From Oscillospiraceae bacterium (GTDB taxonomy: Bacteria; Bacillota; Clostridia; Oscillospirales; Oscillospiraceae): DNA of 28,009 nucleotides. The DNA lies in the NCBI GenBank assembly GCA_045645125.1, contig JAZRID010000266.1:1-28009 (forward strand), in the 5' to 3' direction. Both the position numbers and the translations under genes were made by a program. Positions within the stretch are counted from its first letter, which is position 1. Each line of letters starts with the position of its first letter. The notes under the pieces are model-generated. The model searched no databases. It had not been told where the DNA came from and was given only the letters and a program-made list of their open reading frames with translations. Positions 1 through 8,388 of this stretch are shown piece after piece.

Positions 1-594
1 ATAGAACAGTTGCCCACTACAGGTGCAGTCACAGGTCTGGATATGGGTATCAAGTCCTTTGCTGTTTCTTCCGATGGTACAGAATACCCCAACCATAAGT
101 ATCTTGCCAAATCTGAAAAGAAGCTGGCTCGTCTGCAACGACAACTCTCCCGAAAAACAAAGGGGAGCAAACGCAGAGAGAAAGCACGCAGTAAGGTAGC
201 AAGACTACAAGAGCATATCAGTAATCAACGCAAAGACCAGTTGCACAAGCTATCTACCGAACTACTTCGCAAGTATAGTATCATCTGTATTGAAAATCTT
301 TCGCCAAAGAATATGGTGAAAAACCACGCTTTAGCAAAGGCTATTTCAGACGCAAGTTGGGGAGAATTTCGCAGACAGTTGGAATATAAAGCAGAGTGGT
401 ACGGAAAGAAGCTTGTTGTCATTGACCGCTTCTATCCGTCCAGTCAACTCTGTTCTGCTTGTGGTACACAGTGGTCTGGGACGAAAGACCTCTCGGTGCG
501 AGAGTGGACTTGCCCGAATTGTGGTACTGTCCACGACAGAGATTGCAACGCCGCAAAGAACATTCTCAATGAAGGACTGCGCCTGTTAGCGTAG
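1..594 (+). CDS. tnpB: TnpB RNA-guided endonuclease, 5'-truncated by the window edge
   Basis: Frame is open from base 1. RuvC-I GLDMG, RuvC-II IENL, zinc finger CSAC...CPNC and RuvC-III DRDCNAA are present, so the D-E-D triad is intact. Confidence 0.95.
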   Translation: MEQLPTTGAVTGLDMGIKSFAVSSDGTEYPNHKYLAKSEKKLARLQRQLSRKTKGSKRREKARSKVARLQEHISNQRKDQLHKLSTELLRKYSIICIENLSPKNMVKNHALAKAISDASWGEFRRQLEYKAEWYGKKLVVIDRFYPSSQLCSACGTQWSGTKDLSVREWTCPNCGTVHDRDCNAAKNILNEGLRLLA

Positions 595-722
595 CTAGAA
601 TAATATGGTAGGGTGGGACACACCCGAACCCATACGCTCGGGGACACCGTGTAAGACCTCGCTAGTGCAGGCTGTGGTGGTTGAGCCGAGAATCCCCCGG
701 CTTTAGCCGTGGGGAGTGTCAA
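1..722 (+). mobile_element. IS200/IS605-family element, 3' part (left end and any tnpA lie outside the window)
   Basis: tnpB ORF followed by the typical right end: subterminal hairpin TCCCC-CGGC-TTTA-GCCG-T-GGGGA (693-715) and terminal TCAA (719-722). Confidence 0.9.
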
Positions 723-742
723 GCAAGAAAAAAGCTCCCCTT
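595..742 (+). ncRNA. Putative TnpB omegaRNA (reRNA): scaffold to 722, then flank-derived guide; 5' end probably lies inside tnpB
   Basis: Structured non-coding stretch between the tnpB stop and the TCAA end. By established TnpB biology the guide is the sequence just beyond the right end. Boundaries are approximate. Confidence 0.7.
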
Positions 743-757
743 GCGAACAAGGGGAGC
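727..757 (-). terminator. Intrinsic terminator of the 768-1784 gene
   Basis: Perfect 10-bp stem GCTCCCCTTG/CAAGGGGAGC with a UUCG loop, followed by a T-tract on the minus strand, 10 nt after the stop codon. Confidence 0.85.
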
Positions 758-767
758 CTATCAACTG

Positions 768-1784
768 TTATTGCAATACCGCAGTGACGAACTCTGCGCC
801 GAAGTAGTCGGGGTTGCCCCACGCACTCACGCGGTTGGACACCACACTGCCGTCATGGTACACGGCGATATACAGCACCGTACTCTCATCCATCAGCCAG
901 CCATTCCGAATCACCTGTCCCGTTGCGAGGTCGATGTTCTCCGCGCGTCCTGCGGCGACTTGGTACTCCACCGCCACACGGAACACATCAATATAGTCCT
1001 CTCCCACACAGGTATAACTGCTCGCCCATGTCGGCTCGCTCAGACGGTACTTACCAGTGAAGTTTGCTTTCACCTCACTGCTCCAACTGTTCATCTTCTC
1101 CTCTACGACACTCTCCGCGGTGCTTTCGATGCCAATACCATCTTTGTCGAGGAACAGCATCACCTCACCGTCCAGCACTTGCCACTCAGGTTCGGATGCC
1201 ATCGGGTACAGGGATGCAAACGGACGCTCACTGCCGACTGTCATGGTGCGCGCCATCGCGGTCATGGTCTTTTCATAGTCCTCCATGTCCTCGTCGGTCA
1301 TCTTTCCACGCACCTCATAGCCACGACTGCCACCGAAATAGAACATTCGCTCCATACCTGTCGTGTCATCGGCAAACTGCTTTGCCCCCACAGCGATAAA
1401 GGAACCAGTATACGCTGCCTTATCTGTCACCGTAACCGTCAGACAAGTTTCCTCGGTGCTACTACCATCGGGATAAAAATGCACAGCACCGTCTTTCTCC
1501 TCGGTTTTCCAGTCCATCGGCACAGGCATCGTCCAACCATCGCCCTGATACAGACGGCAATCCACTTTCTTACCGCCGACGGTAATCGAGAGGTCTGGCT
1601 CCTGCTGTGTGGTCTGGTCGTTGGTCTGCTCCTGTTGCTGTTGTTGCTGTGGGTCGTCGTCCACATTGACACGGTTCCACGGTTGCCACAACAGTACCGC
1701 ACCGCCGATGGCCGCCACGGCACCGACTGCCACCGCACCAGTAATAATTCTCTGGCGCAGATAATGTTTCTCGTAAGGATTCAT
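768..1784 (-). CDS. Membrane-anchored exported hypothetical protein (N-terminal TM helix, Gln-rich linker, possible PsbP-like domain)
   Basis: Strong SD AAGGAGG; hydrophobic segment IITGAVAVGAVAAIGGAVLLW; poly-Q linker; GWTMPVPMDW motif; own terminator. Confidence 0.8.
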   Translation of the reverse strand: MNPYEKHYLRQRIITGAVAVGAVAAIGGAVLLWQPWNRVNVDDDPQQQQQQEQTNDQTTQQEPDLSITVGGKKVDCRLYQGDGWTMPVPMDWKTEEKDGAVHFYPDGSSTEETCLTVTVTDKAAYTGSFIAVGAKQFADDTTGMERMFYFGGSRGYEVRGKMTDEDMEDYEKTMTAMARTMTVGSERPFASLYPMASEPEWQVLDGEVMLFLDKDGIGIESTAESVVEEKMNSWSSEVKANFTGKYRLSEPTWASSYTCVGEDYIDVFRVAVEYQVAAGRAENIDLATGQVIRNGWLMDESTVLYIAVYHDGSVVSNRVSAWGNPDYFGAEFVTAVLQ

Positions 1785-1832
1785 ATACTTTCCTCCTTGT
1801 CTATATCTCTCTGTATTTCGCTGATTGTCTAC

Positions 1833-1861
1833 AGTCTACCAGAAACAAGGCGGAAAGTCAC
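1833..1861 (-). promoter_or_regulatory. Possible sigmaA promoter for the 768-1784 gene
   Basis: GTGACT-17 nt-TAGACT with an extended TG. Confidence 0.45.
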
Positions 1862-1893
1862 TGCAAAATTCCTACAATATTCTAACAAATTCG

Positions 1894-2970
1894 TTACAGA
1901 GCGCGCGCGCTCCGTTCCACGGCGAGGTCGTACAGCTTTTTCAGCAGTTCGCTGTAGGGAATCCCTGTCGCCTCCCAGAGTTTCGGATACATACTAATCT
2001 GCGTAAAGCCGGGGATGGTGTTAATCTCATTAAACACGATGCTATCATCGGGCAGTAGGAAGAAATCCACACGCGACAGCGTTTCGCACCCCATCGCACG
2101 GTAGATGGCAACCGCCGCCGTGCGGAGTTTCTCGGATGCTACTTCACTAATTGGCGCAGGAATCACCGTGCGCGAGTTGGCATTTTCATACTTCGCTTCA
2201 AAGTCATAGAAGTCATTCGCCGCCAGCACTTCCCCCACCACGGATGCTTTCGGGTCAAGGTTTCCCAATACAGCAACTTCCACCTCGCGCCCTACAATCA
2301 TCTCCTCAATGAGAATCTTGGGGCAAATCGCCTTTGCGGTCAAAAATGCCTGTGCCAGTTCCTCTTTGACATGTACCTTAGACACGCCCACCGATGAACC
2401 TGCGCTGGCAGGTTTCACAAACAAGGGATACTTGCCCTTGAAATAGGCATCCACACGGTCGGCGGTGGCACTGCTATCTACCGTTACCTCTGCATCGGTG
2501 ACAACGATGTAATCCGCCTGTCGCACCCCTGCCGTTGCCGCCACCAATTTGGTCACAGTCTTATCCATACTACACGCCGAGGCACACACGCCAGGACTAA
2601 TATAAGGCAGTCCACACAGCTCCAACAGTCCCTGCAACGCACCATCTTCGCACCGTTCGCCGTGCATGACAGGATGCACACAATCAACGGGCACGGTTTC
2701 CAGTGTGCCGTTCCGCAGTACCTGCAATCCAGGGAACAGACGGTTCGGGGAGAGGAACGCAGGCAGATTATCCCCGCGCACCTCCCACCGTCCATCCGCA
2801 ATTTCTTCGGGGGTGGCGTTTGTCAGATACCACTTGCCATCCTTCGTGATACCCACGAGATTGACAGCAAACACGGTACGGTCCACATACGGCAACATAG
2901 AAGCCACAGAACGACACGATACCATATGTTCCGACGACTGGCCTCCAAATAGGATTAACAAATTTTTCAA
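1894..2970 (-). CDS. ddl: D-alanine--D-alanine ligase
   Basis: Motifs LFGGQSSEH, HGERCEDG, FVKPASAGSSVG and NEINTIPGFT. TTG start at 2970 with SD AGGAGGA 7 nt upstream. Confidence 0.95.
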   Translation of the reverse strand: MKNLLILFGGQSSEHMVSCRSVASMLPYVDRTVFAVNLVGITKDGKWYLTNATPEEIADGRWEVRGDNLPAFLSPNRLFPGLQVLRNGTLETVPVDCVHPVMHGERCEDGALQGLLELCGLPYISPGVCASACSMDKTVTKLVAATAGVRQADYIVVTDAEVTVDSSATADRVDAYFKGKYPLFVKPASAGSSVGVSKVHVKEELAQAFLTAKAICPKILIEEMIVGREVEVAVLGNLDPKASVVGEVLAANDFYDFEAKYENANSRTVIPAPISEVASEKLRTAAVAIYRAMGCETLSRVDFFLLPDDSIVFNEINTIPGFTQISMYPKLWEATGIPYSELLKKLYDLAVERSARAL

Positions 2971-3014
2971 AGCAGTTTCCTCCTGATACGCAATCTTAAC
3001 CGATATCGCACACC

Positions 3015-3043
3015 AGTATATCACTGCAAAGCGTAATCTGCAA
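3015..3043 (-). promoter_or_regulatory. sigmaA promoter for ddl
   Basis: TTGCAG-17 nt-TATACT with an extended TG. Confidence 0.65.
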
Positions 3044-3070
3044 TCCCTTCTTGCGCCCCGCTGATATCTG

Positions 3071-3916
3071 TTACGGCAACAATCCCAGTCGGCGCAAGCT
3101 CAACTCGTACTCCGCCATCCACTGCTCTAACTGCGCCGCAAATTCCTCCTGTGAGAACTGGAACTCGGTTGCCCACTGCTCCAGTGTGAGGAGCTGTTCC
3201 AGATAGTCCTGTGTGATTTCCAACATGGCATCTGCTTTCTCAAATTCGCCCTGTACACGCAAATCTTCTATCTGGCGCGCGATATCGGATGAGAGCTGTG
3301 TCTGTGCCTGTTGCACCGCAAAGCGGTTCTGTGCCGCCGTATTCTGAATGGAACTATACTGTTCCTGTCCGATGCCACCGCGGTCGCCACGCAACTCGGC
3401 ATACAGCGCGGCATTGTCCATCGCCTGTCGTTCCTGTAGGGAGATACTCTCCGCCTGTTCCCGAAACTGTCCCTGTGTGTTCTGCCAGACATTCTCCAAC
3501 TCTGTCACCGCCTGCTCCACTGCACGGTCAATCGTCGCCTTTTGCTGTTCCTCTGCCGCCTCTTTCCACGCATCCAACAGAGCTTTCATCCGTTCGGTAT
3601 CCGTGTTTTGCTCGCTTCCCTGCTCCACAGGCATTTCCACAGGAACCGTCGGGACTTCTGTATTGGTCGGGTTATTTGCCACAACAGGCTTCGCGTCTGG
3701 TTGCGTGTCAATAGGCACAGTCTGCTCCGTCAGTTGCTCGTTCTGTTTCGGGGATAGCGCAGTCTGTTTCATCCCTGTATCATTCGCCATCAGAGAAACC
3801 GCTTTGCGCTTTGGCTGTTCAGGTAGCGGTATCTCCCCTCGCTTCGGAATACGGACTGCCGACACCCCTCGCTCTGGGAATGGTACGACAGAAAATTCTT
3901 TTGGATTCACTACCAT
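3071..3916 (-). CDS. Coiled-coil protein, possible internal virion (ejection) protein
   Basis: SD GAGGAG before ATG 3916 (the track's TTG at 3925 overlaps the lysin stop). Pro-rich N-terminus, Q/E/A-rich helical C-terminus with an ELRGDRGG motif. Confidence 0.5.
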   Translation of the reverse strand: MVVNPKEFSVVPFPERGVSAVRIPKRGEIPLPEQPKRKAVSLMANDTGMKQTALSPKQNEQLTEQTVPIDTQPDAKPVVANNPTNTEVPTVPVEMPVEQGSEQNTDTERMKALLDAWKEAAEEQQKATIDRAVEQAVTELENVWQNTQGQFREQAESISLQERQAMDNAALYAELRGDRGGIGQEQYSSIQNTAAQNRFAVQQAQTQLSSDIARQIEDLRVQGEFEKADAMLEITQDYLEQLLTLEQWATEFQFSQEEFAAQLEQWMAEYELSLRRLGLLP

Positions 3917-3921
3917 ATACT

Positions 3922-4554
3922 TCAACTCCTCTCTAGTGCGCCTGCACGGTCGAGTATCACCAGCAGACGCACCATATCATACGGCAGGTCAAGGCTTTCG
4001 CCATCGCCATATAAACATCCCTGCTCTACCAACTTGCGAATCGTCGGTTGCGCCCAAATCGGGCATTGTTCCACGGTAGCATAGCGCATCCGTTCTTTCT
4101 GTTTTTCTTCATTCTCCCCCCAACAGGGCATCGTGGGTGGCAGTTTCCCTGCGAGAATCATCTGGCTTGTCCACTCCCCACCGTTATCCCACTGGATATG
4201 TGGCATATCCACGAAACTTTTCCAGTCGCCGCCCCAAGAGAAGCCCATCTCCTTGGCGATGGCTCCTGCCTTCTGGAAAAAGGCGGTGTCGTCATATTCT
4301 TGTCCCTTGACATTCTTGCAAAAGTCGAACGCAAGGCCTGCGGTATCCGCATGGAAAGTCGGCGTTCTGCCGTTGGTCACGATACTGCCAGGTCTGGTGC
4401 GTCCCTGCGCGTACAGGTACTCTTGGTACTCCTTGTCACGCACGGTATTCGTCACCAGTACATTCAGCCCGACTGCCTTGCACCGTTCCAACCATTTACG
4501 GCAATTCTGCTCCACATCATCGCGCAACAGCGCGATATCTCTACTATTCAGCAT
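3922..4554 (-). CDS. Endolysin, M15 family (L-Ala-D-Glu peptidase-like), with a short C-terminal cell-wall-binding-like domain
   Basis: Motifs RxxxYQxxLYAQGRT, H-x6-AFD, WGGDW and DMPHIQ; located directly after holin-like genes. Confidence 0.9.
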   Translation of the reverse strand: MLNSRDIALLRDDVEQNCRKWLERCKAVGLNVLVTNTVRDKEYQEYLYAQGRTRPGSIVTNGRTPTFHADTAGLAFDFCKNVKGQEYDDTAFFQKAGAIAKEMGFSWGGDWKSFVDMPHIQWDNGGEWTSQMILAGKLPPTMPCWGENEEKQKERMRYATVEQCPIWAQPTIRKLVEQGCLYGDGESLDLPYDMVRLLVILDRAGALERS

Positions 4555-4753
4555 GGGTATTTCCCTCCTGTTTCTTCTGGCTCTGCGTGCCGAAGTAAAA
4601 CGAAATCACCATGAGAAAAACCGTAAGGAAATCCTGCGCGGTAACATCACGGCGCAGTGCCAGCACTGCAAACACCGCCGTCAGTGCGATGGTGACGATA
4701 CTCTTGACCGACAGCAGTGCTGTCACACGCTTGCTCAGCTTGTCCTCTGTCAT
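4544..4753 (-). CDS. Holin-like protein with two TM helices
   Basis: 69 aa from ATG 4753; two hydrophobic segments, FYFG motif, basic C-terminus; overlaps the lysin start. Confidence 0.75.
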   Translation of the reverse strand: MTEDKLSKRVTALLSVKSIVTIALTAVFAVLALRRDVTAQDFLTVFLMVISFYFGTQSQKKQEGNTHAE

Positions 4754-4772
4754 GTTGTTCCCTCGCTCTCTC

Positions 4773-5195
4773 CTATCCACGAAAAGACCGCTCCCGCAGA
4801 CATTGCTCATACTGCTCACAGATGACCTCCTGCGCTACCTTGGTCTTTTCATTGATAAAACCGGGGTGATTTTCACAGTAGTTGTTGTAGGCGGTAATAT
4901 CCATGAGGATAAGGTCGAAGTGTTCCTTGCTATGGCGCGTATCACCATATAATTCATCCGCAAAGCGTTGAATCCGCATCCGTGCGGCCTTAATCTCACT
5001 CTCCTCCTGCCGAATTTGGAGGTCGGCCACCAGTTGATTCAACTTGTCCATCTGCCGAATGGTCTCCCCGTTAAACAGTCGTCCCAGTGCCGACAGCGGT
5101 TTAATTTTCACCTTGGATATCTCGAAGAAATAGCCGAGGATACCTAACACCACCATACCAATGGTGATAATATCACTCCATCCGAATGCTATCAT
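4773..5195 (-). CDS. Phage lysis-module membrane protein (holin-associated family)
   Basis: N-terminal TM helix, then RIQRFADE...KEHF...YC...HP pattern recognised from Firmicute prophage lysis cassettes. Confidence 0.65.
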   Translation of the reverse strand: MIAFGWSDIITIGMVVLGILGYFFEISKVKIKPLSALGRLFNGETIRQMDKLNQLVADLQIRQEESEIKAARMRIQRFADELYGDTRHSKEHFDLILMDITAYNNYCENHPGFINEKTKVAQEVICEQYEQCLRERSFRG

Positions 5196-5207
5196 CTAGT
5201 TCCTCCC

Positions 5208-5792
5208 TTAGCTCTGCGCCGTACCAAAGGCGACCCACTGATAGGTCTGTTCCGCACTGTTGTTCATCGCCGTAGCCGCAATAGGTTTTTCCGACGACAG
5301 ACTCCACGAGAGAGAACCATCTTTGGCGGTAAAGCAAATCGTTCCATAGTCAGTACTGATATCCTCACCCATCCACAGACACCACCCCTCTTTCACCGCC
5401 ATTCCTTGATAGTTGTACAGGCCACAGTCGAGGTTATCGCCTTTCGTCCGCATCAGTACCACCTGTGGTTGGAAACCAGGGGTCTGAATGGCACGGGATT
5501 TCGTTCCATCACCGCGGTAACTGCCACAGGCCATCATAGTACGGCTCGCCAATGTTTGCATCCAAGCCTGTTGCACCGTCTGGATATTTTGCGTATTTTC
5601 CTGTCGCACAGTGGCAATCTCCTGCATAATATCGCGTTGGAACGCGCTGATGGCCTGTGTATTTTCGGTAATCTTCTGTGCGTTCGCCTGTAGTGCTGTA
5701 TCAATTGCCTGTGCATTTTCGTTGAACGGTGTCAACGACAGGGAATCGCCACTCTCTGGCAATTTCAGTTGATAGTGTTTCGTTGTTTTCAT
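5208..5792 (-). CDS. Short tail fibre-like protein
   Basis: N-terminal TKHYQLKLP...D...NENAQAID anchor motif, coiled coil, and C-terminal GSYRGDG...GFQP domain. SD AAGGAG. Confidence 0.7.
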   Translation of the reverse strand: MKTTKHYQLKLPESGDSLSLTPFNENAQAIDTALQANAQKITENTQAISAFQRDIMQEIATVRQENTQNIQTVQQAWMQTLASRTMMACGSYRGDGTKSRAIQTPGFQPQVVLMRTKGDNLDCGLYNYQGMAVKEGWCLWMGEDISTDYGTICFTAKDGSLSWSLSSEKPIAATAMNNSAEQTYQWVAFGTAQS

Positions 5793-5802
5793 ATTCCTCT
5801 CC

Positions 5803-8388
5803 TTATCGCAGTGGCTCTATTGTCGCATATCCACGCTGTCCAAGGGGACCACTGACCACAATGGGTTGTAGTGGTCTGGCGGTAATCGGGAACAGTGCAT
5901 GGGGGGCTTTAATTAAGATGTATAGCCACGCACTGGACACCAGACTTTCCCATGTGTGAAACTCCCACGGCAAACTCGCCCAAGTTTCCGTCACATACAG
6001 GATGCCACCCGTGCTGTTCTGGCAATACTGCAACTTCAGCATCTCATTGAGATAGTAGTCCGCCTTTTCCCGCGCACCAATCGCCCGAAGCAGGCACACA
6101 TACCCCAGCGTTCCCTCCGACCAGATGATATCAGGCGGATTCGTATAGCCGATGGCATAAGGTTTCACCCCATCCACCGTTGCACCGCTGTAGCGCGTGT
6201 TGTAATGTTCCTCCTCCTGCGACACCACGATACTCTTGTCCTGCGTGGCATAGACCGTTTCGACGGTGTTTGCAATCTCCCGACTGTACTGCATCCCCAG
6301 AATGGACAACAGCGTTTTACCAGCCCAAGTACAGCAGTCCACCGCCCACGCGCCATCTACACCATCTACGCCCACGCCTTGATAAAACCGTGCATTTTCC
6401 GCATCGTATAGTGTGGTAAACAGTGCTTGCTTGACCAGAGCCGCCGCTCTTTTGTACTTTTCATCGCCCAGCACCAGTGCCAATTCTGTGAGGGCCTGTA
6501 GTGCCGAGCAGTTATGCTCCGTACTGCACCACGCAATCTCCTGTTCTATGTAGGTGTAGTCCTCGTTATAACTGCCGTAGCCACCCGTCAACAGTCCGTA
6601 GCGTGGGTCGTTTCCATCGGTGATTTGTCGGTTGACCAACCAATCCCCTGCCCTACGGATAACATCCAAATACGAGGCATCCCCTGTCTGCAAGGTGTAG
6701 TAGCACATTCCATGCACCAACCACCCCACTGCGCCTGTGCGTACATACCCCTCAAACAATTGTCCAATGTAATTGTCGTAACTAAAGTTAAACGAACCAT
6801 CCTCGTGTTGTTCCATACGCAGTCGCTTCATCATTTCTACGCACAGGTCATAGTCCTCCGATATGGTAAATGCCAGTAACGCTAACCCCACATCGTAAAG
6901 GAAGCACCGACTGTTCAGCACATATCCGTATAGGTTCATGGCGGTGCTACCATCTTTATCGTACTGGGGGTCATCGTTTGGAATGAGATAGGAGGCAGGG
7001 AATCTGCCCGCTATTATGTTAGAGGTGCCACCGCACAAACCAACCACCGTATACCCAGTATCGGTCGTATGGGTCAGTTTTGCGATTTTCCGTCCTTCCT
7101 CTGCCGAGTTTGTAAAGAAAAATGCAAGGTCATTGACTGTGTACACTTCACATTCCGCTGTCAAATACTCGGTATCGGTGTAAACATAAAATCTTCCTTT
7201 GTAGTCGGCGTATCTGGCATACGGACGGTCCAAAATTTCGTCCGATATTAAGATTGGAGTAAGCACCGTTTCGACTACACCAGCAGTAGCTCCATCCGTA
7301 TTCGGTACCGTTTCGTCAGCTGGGATATCAAAAATTGGAATACCATCCCAATTCCGTTTCACCAGCCGAATATCCTTAAAACTATTGCTGTTCACGCTGA
7401 CGGGGTCCACGCGGTAATATGTGACGATTTCCGTGTCATATGTTTCTACGACTTTCGTTAATTTCTCCGTTTTCCATGTCCCATCAGGATGCAACGCACA
7501 GGAACAAACGAAATACGGTTGGTCTGTCACCTCATACACATCTACTGCGTATTGCGTGTAATCGTCTAACCCACTCCATTTGCCAGAGATAACACCGCTG
7601 TAGTCTGGGGCAATGAAGTTGTCCACAGAAAGGTGTTTGGGTTCTATGCGTTTGTCACCATCACTAAAACCTGACACTTCACACCACATGAACCGTCCTG
7701 TGTAATCGTTGTCGTACTTCTCACCGAATGACAAAGTATGCGTGAATCGAGAAACATTCATTTGCCGCTTGATAAACGCTAGTGCGTCATCGGCAGCGAT
7801 GTTGGGGTCGTAGTCCCATACGCTCGTTTTCTCGTCGGCAGTGATACCGGAGATACCAATAATCTCGCCATCACTAACTCTGCGTACCTTGGCAAGTTTC
7901 GTGCCATATCGCGCTTTATTGCTATAGAAACGGTAGCGACCACCGACACACCAAACTTTACAAGTATCTTGTAAGTATTCCATGTCAGTAACGCTGTAGA
8001 GGTCCACCACATAGTCCGTCAAATAGCGGTAGCCGTAGTCCACAATACCGCCGTTTCCATCGACCAGACGAATCTCTTTACAGCCAGTATCTGCGGTTGC
8101 CTGCCAGAATCCACCCACAGGACAGAGGACACTCTCCACCAGACGCACTTCCCCTGTCACGCTGTACACTTCAATTTGGTAGGTACTGCGCTCCTCCTCC
8201 GTCAAGTCGCGCCATGTCCCTGTGATTGTGCCTGCGTAGTCCGCGCCATACGGCAAATCCACCGCCAAATACCGCTGACCGCTATACGCCAGTTCTCCCA
8301 ACTGGGGCACTTGTTCCAATGTACCGCTGATAAGGTTTTGGACATAGTCATCCGCATAGTCCGCATCAAAGCGAACATTTACCCTCAT
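5803..8388 (-). CDS. Large putative tailspike: duplicated beta-rich N-terminal modules plus a C-terminal (alpha/alpha)6 glycosidase-like barrel
   Basis: ATGA overlap with the upstream gene; internal repeats; helical repeats with QHEDGSF, STEHN and WSEGT motifs. Confidence 0.6.
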   Translation of the reverse strand: MRVNVRFDADYADDYVQNLISGTLEQVPQLGELAYSGQRYLAVDLPYGADYAGTITGTWRDLTEEERSTYQIEVYSVTGEVRLVESVLCPVGGFWQATADTGCKEIRLVDGNGGIVDYGYRYLTDYVVDLYSVTDMEYLQDTCKVWCVGGRYRFYSNKARYGTKLAKVRRVSDGEIIGISGITADEKTSVWDYDPNIAADDALAFIKRQMNVSRFTHTLSFGEKYDNDYTGRFMWCEVSGFSDGDKRIEPKHLSVDNFIAPDYSGVISGKWSGLDDYTQYAVDVYEVTDQPYFVCSCALHPDGTWKTEKLTKVVETYDTEIVTYYRVDPVSVNSNSFKDIRLVKRNWDGIPIFDIPADETVPNTDGATAGVVETVLTPILISDEILDRPYARYADYKGRFYVYTDTEYLTAECEVYTVNDLAFFFTNSAEEGRKIAKLTHTTDTGYTVVGLCGGTSNIIAGRFPASYLIPNDDPQYDKDGSTAMNLYGYVLNSRCFLYDVGLALLAFTISEDYDLCVEMMKRLRMEQHEDGSFNFSYDNYIGQLFEGYVRTGAVGWLVHGMCYYTLQTGDASYLDVIRRAGDWLVNRQITDGNDPRYGLLTGGYGSYNEDYTYIEQEIAWCSTEHNCSALQALTELALVLGDEKYKRAAALVKQALFTTLYDAENARFYQGVGVDGVDGAWAVDCCTWAGKTLLSILGMQYSREIANTVETVYATQDKSIVVSQEEEHYNTRYSGATVDGVKPYAIGYTNPPDIIWSEGTLGYVCLLRAIGAREKADYYLNEMLKLQYCQNSTGGILYVTETWASLPWEFHTWESLVSSAWLYILIKAPHALFPITARPLQPIVVSGPLGQRGYATIEPLR

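Noticed and set aside
681-1997. 438-aa plus-strand ORF starting in the IS right end
   Set aside because: Antisense to a gene with a strong SD, promoter and terminator; the translation is not protein-like.
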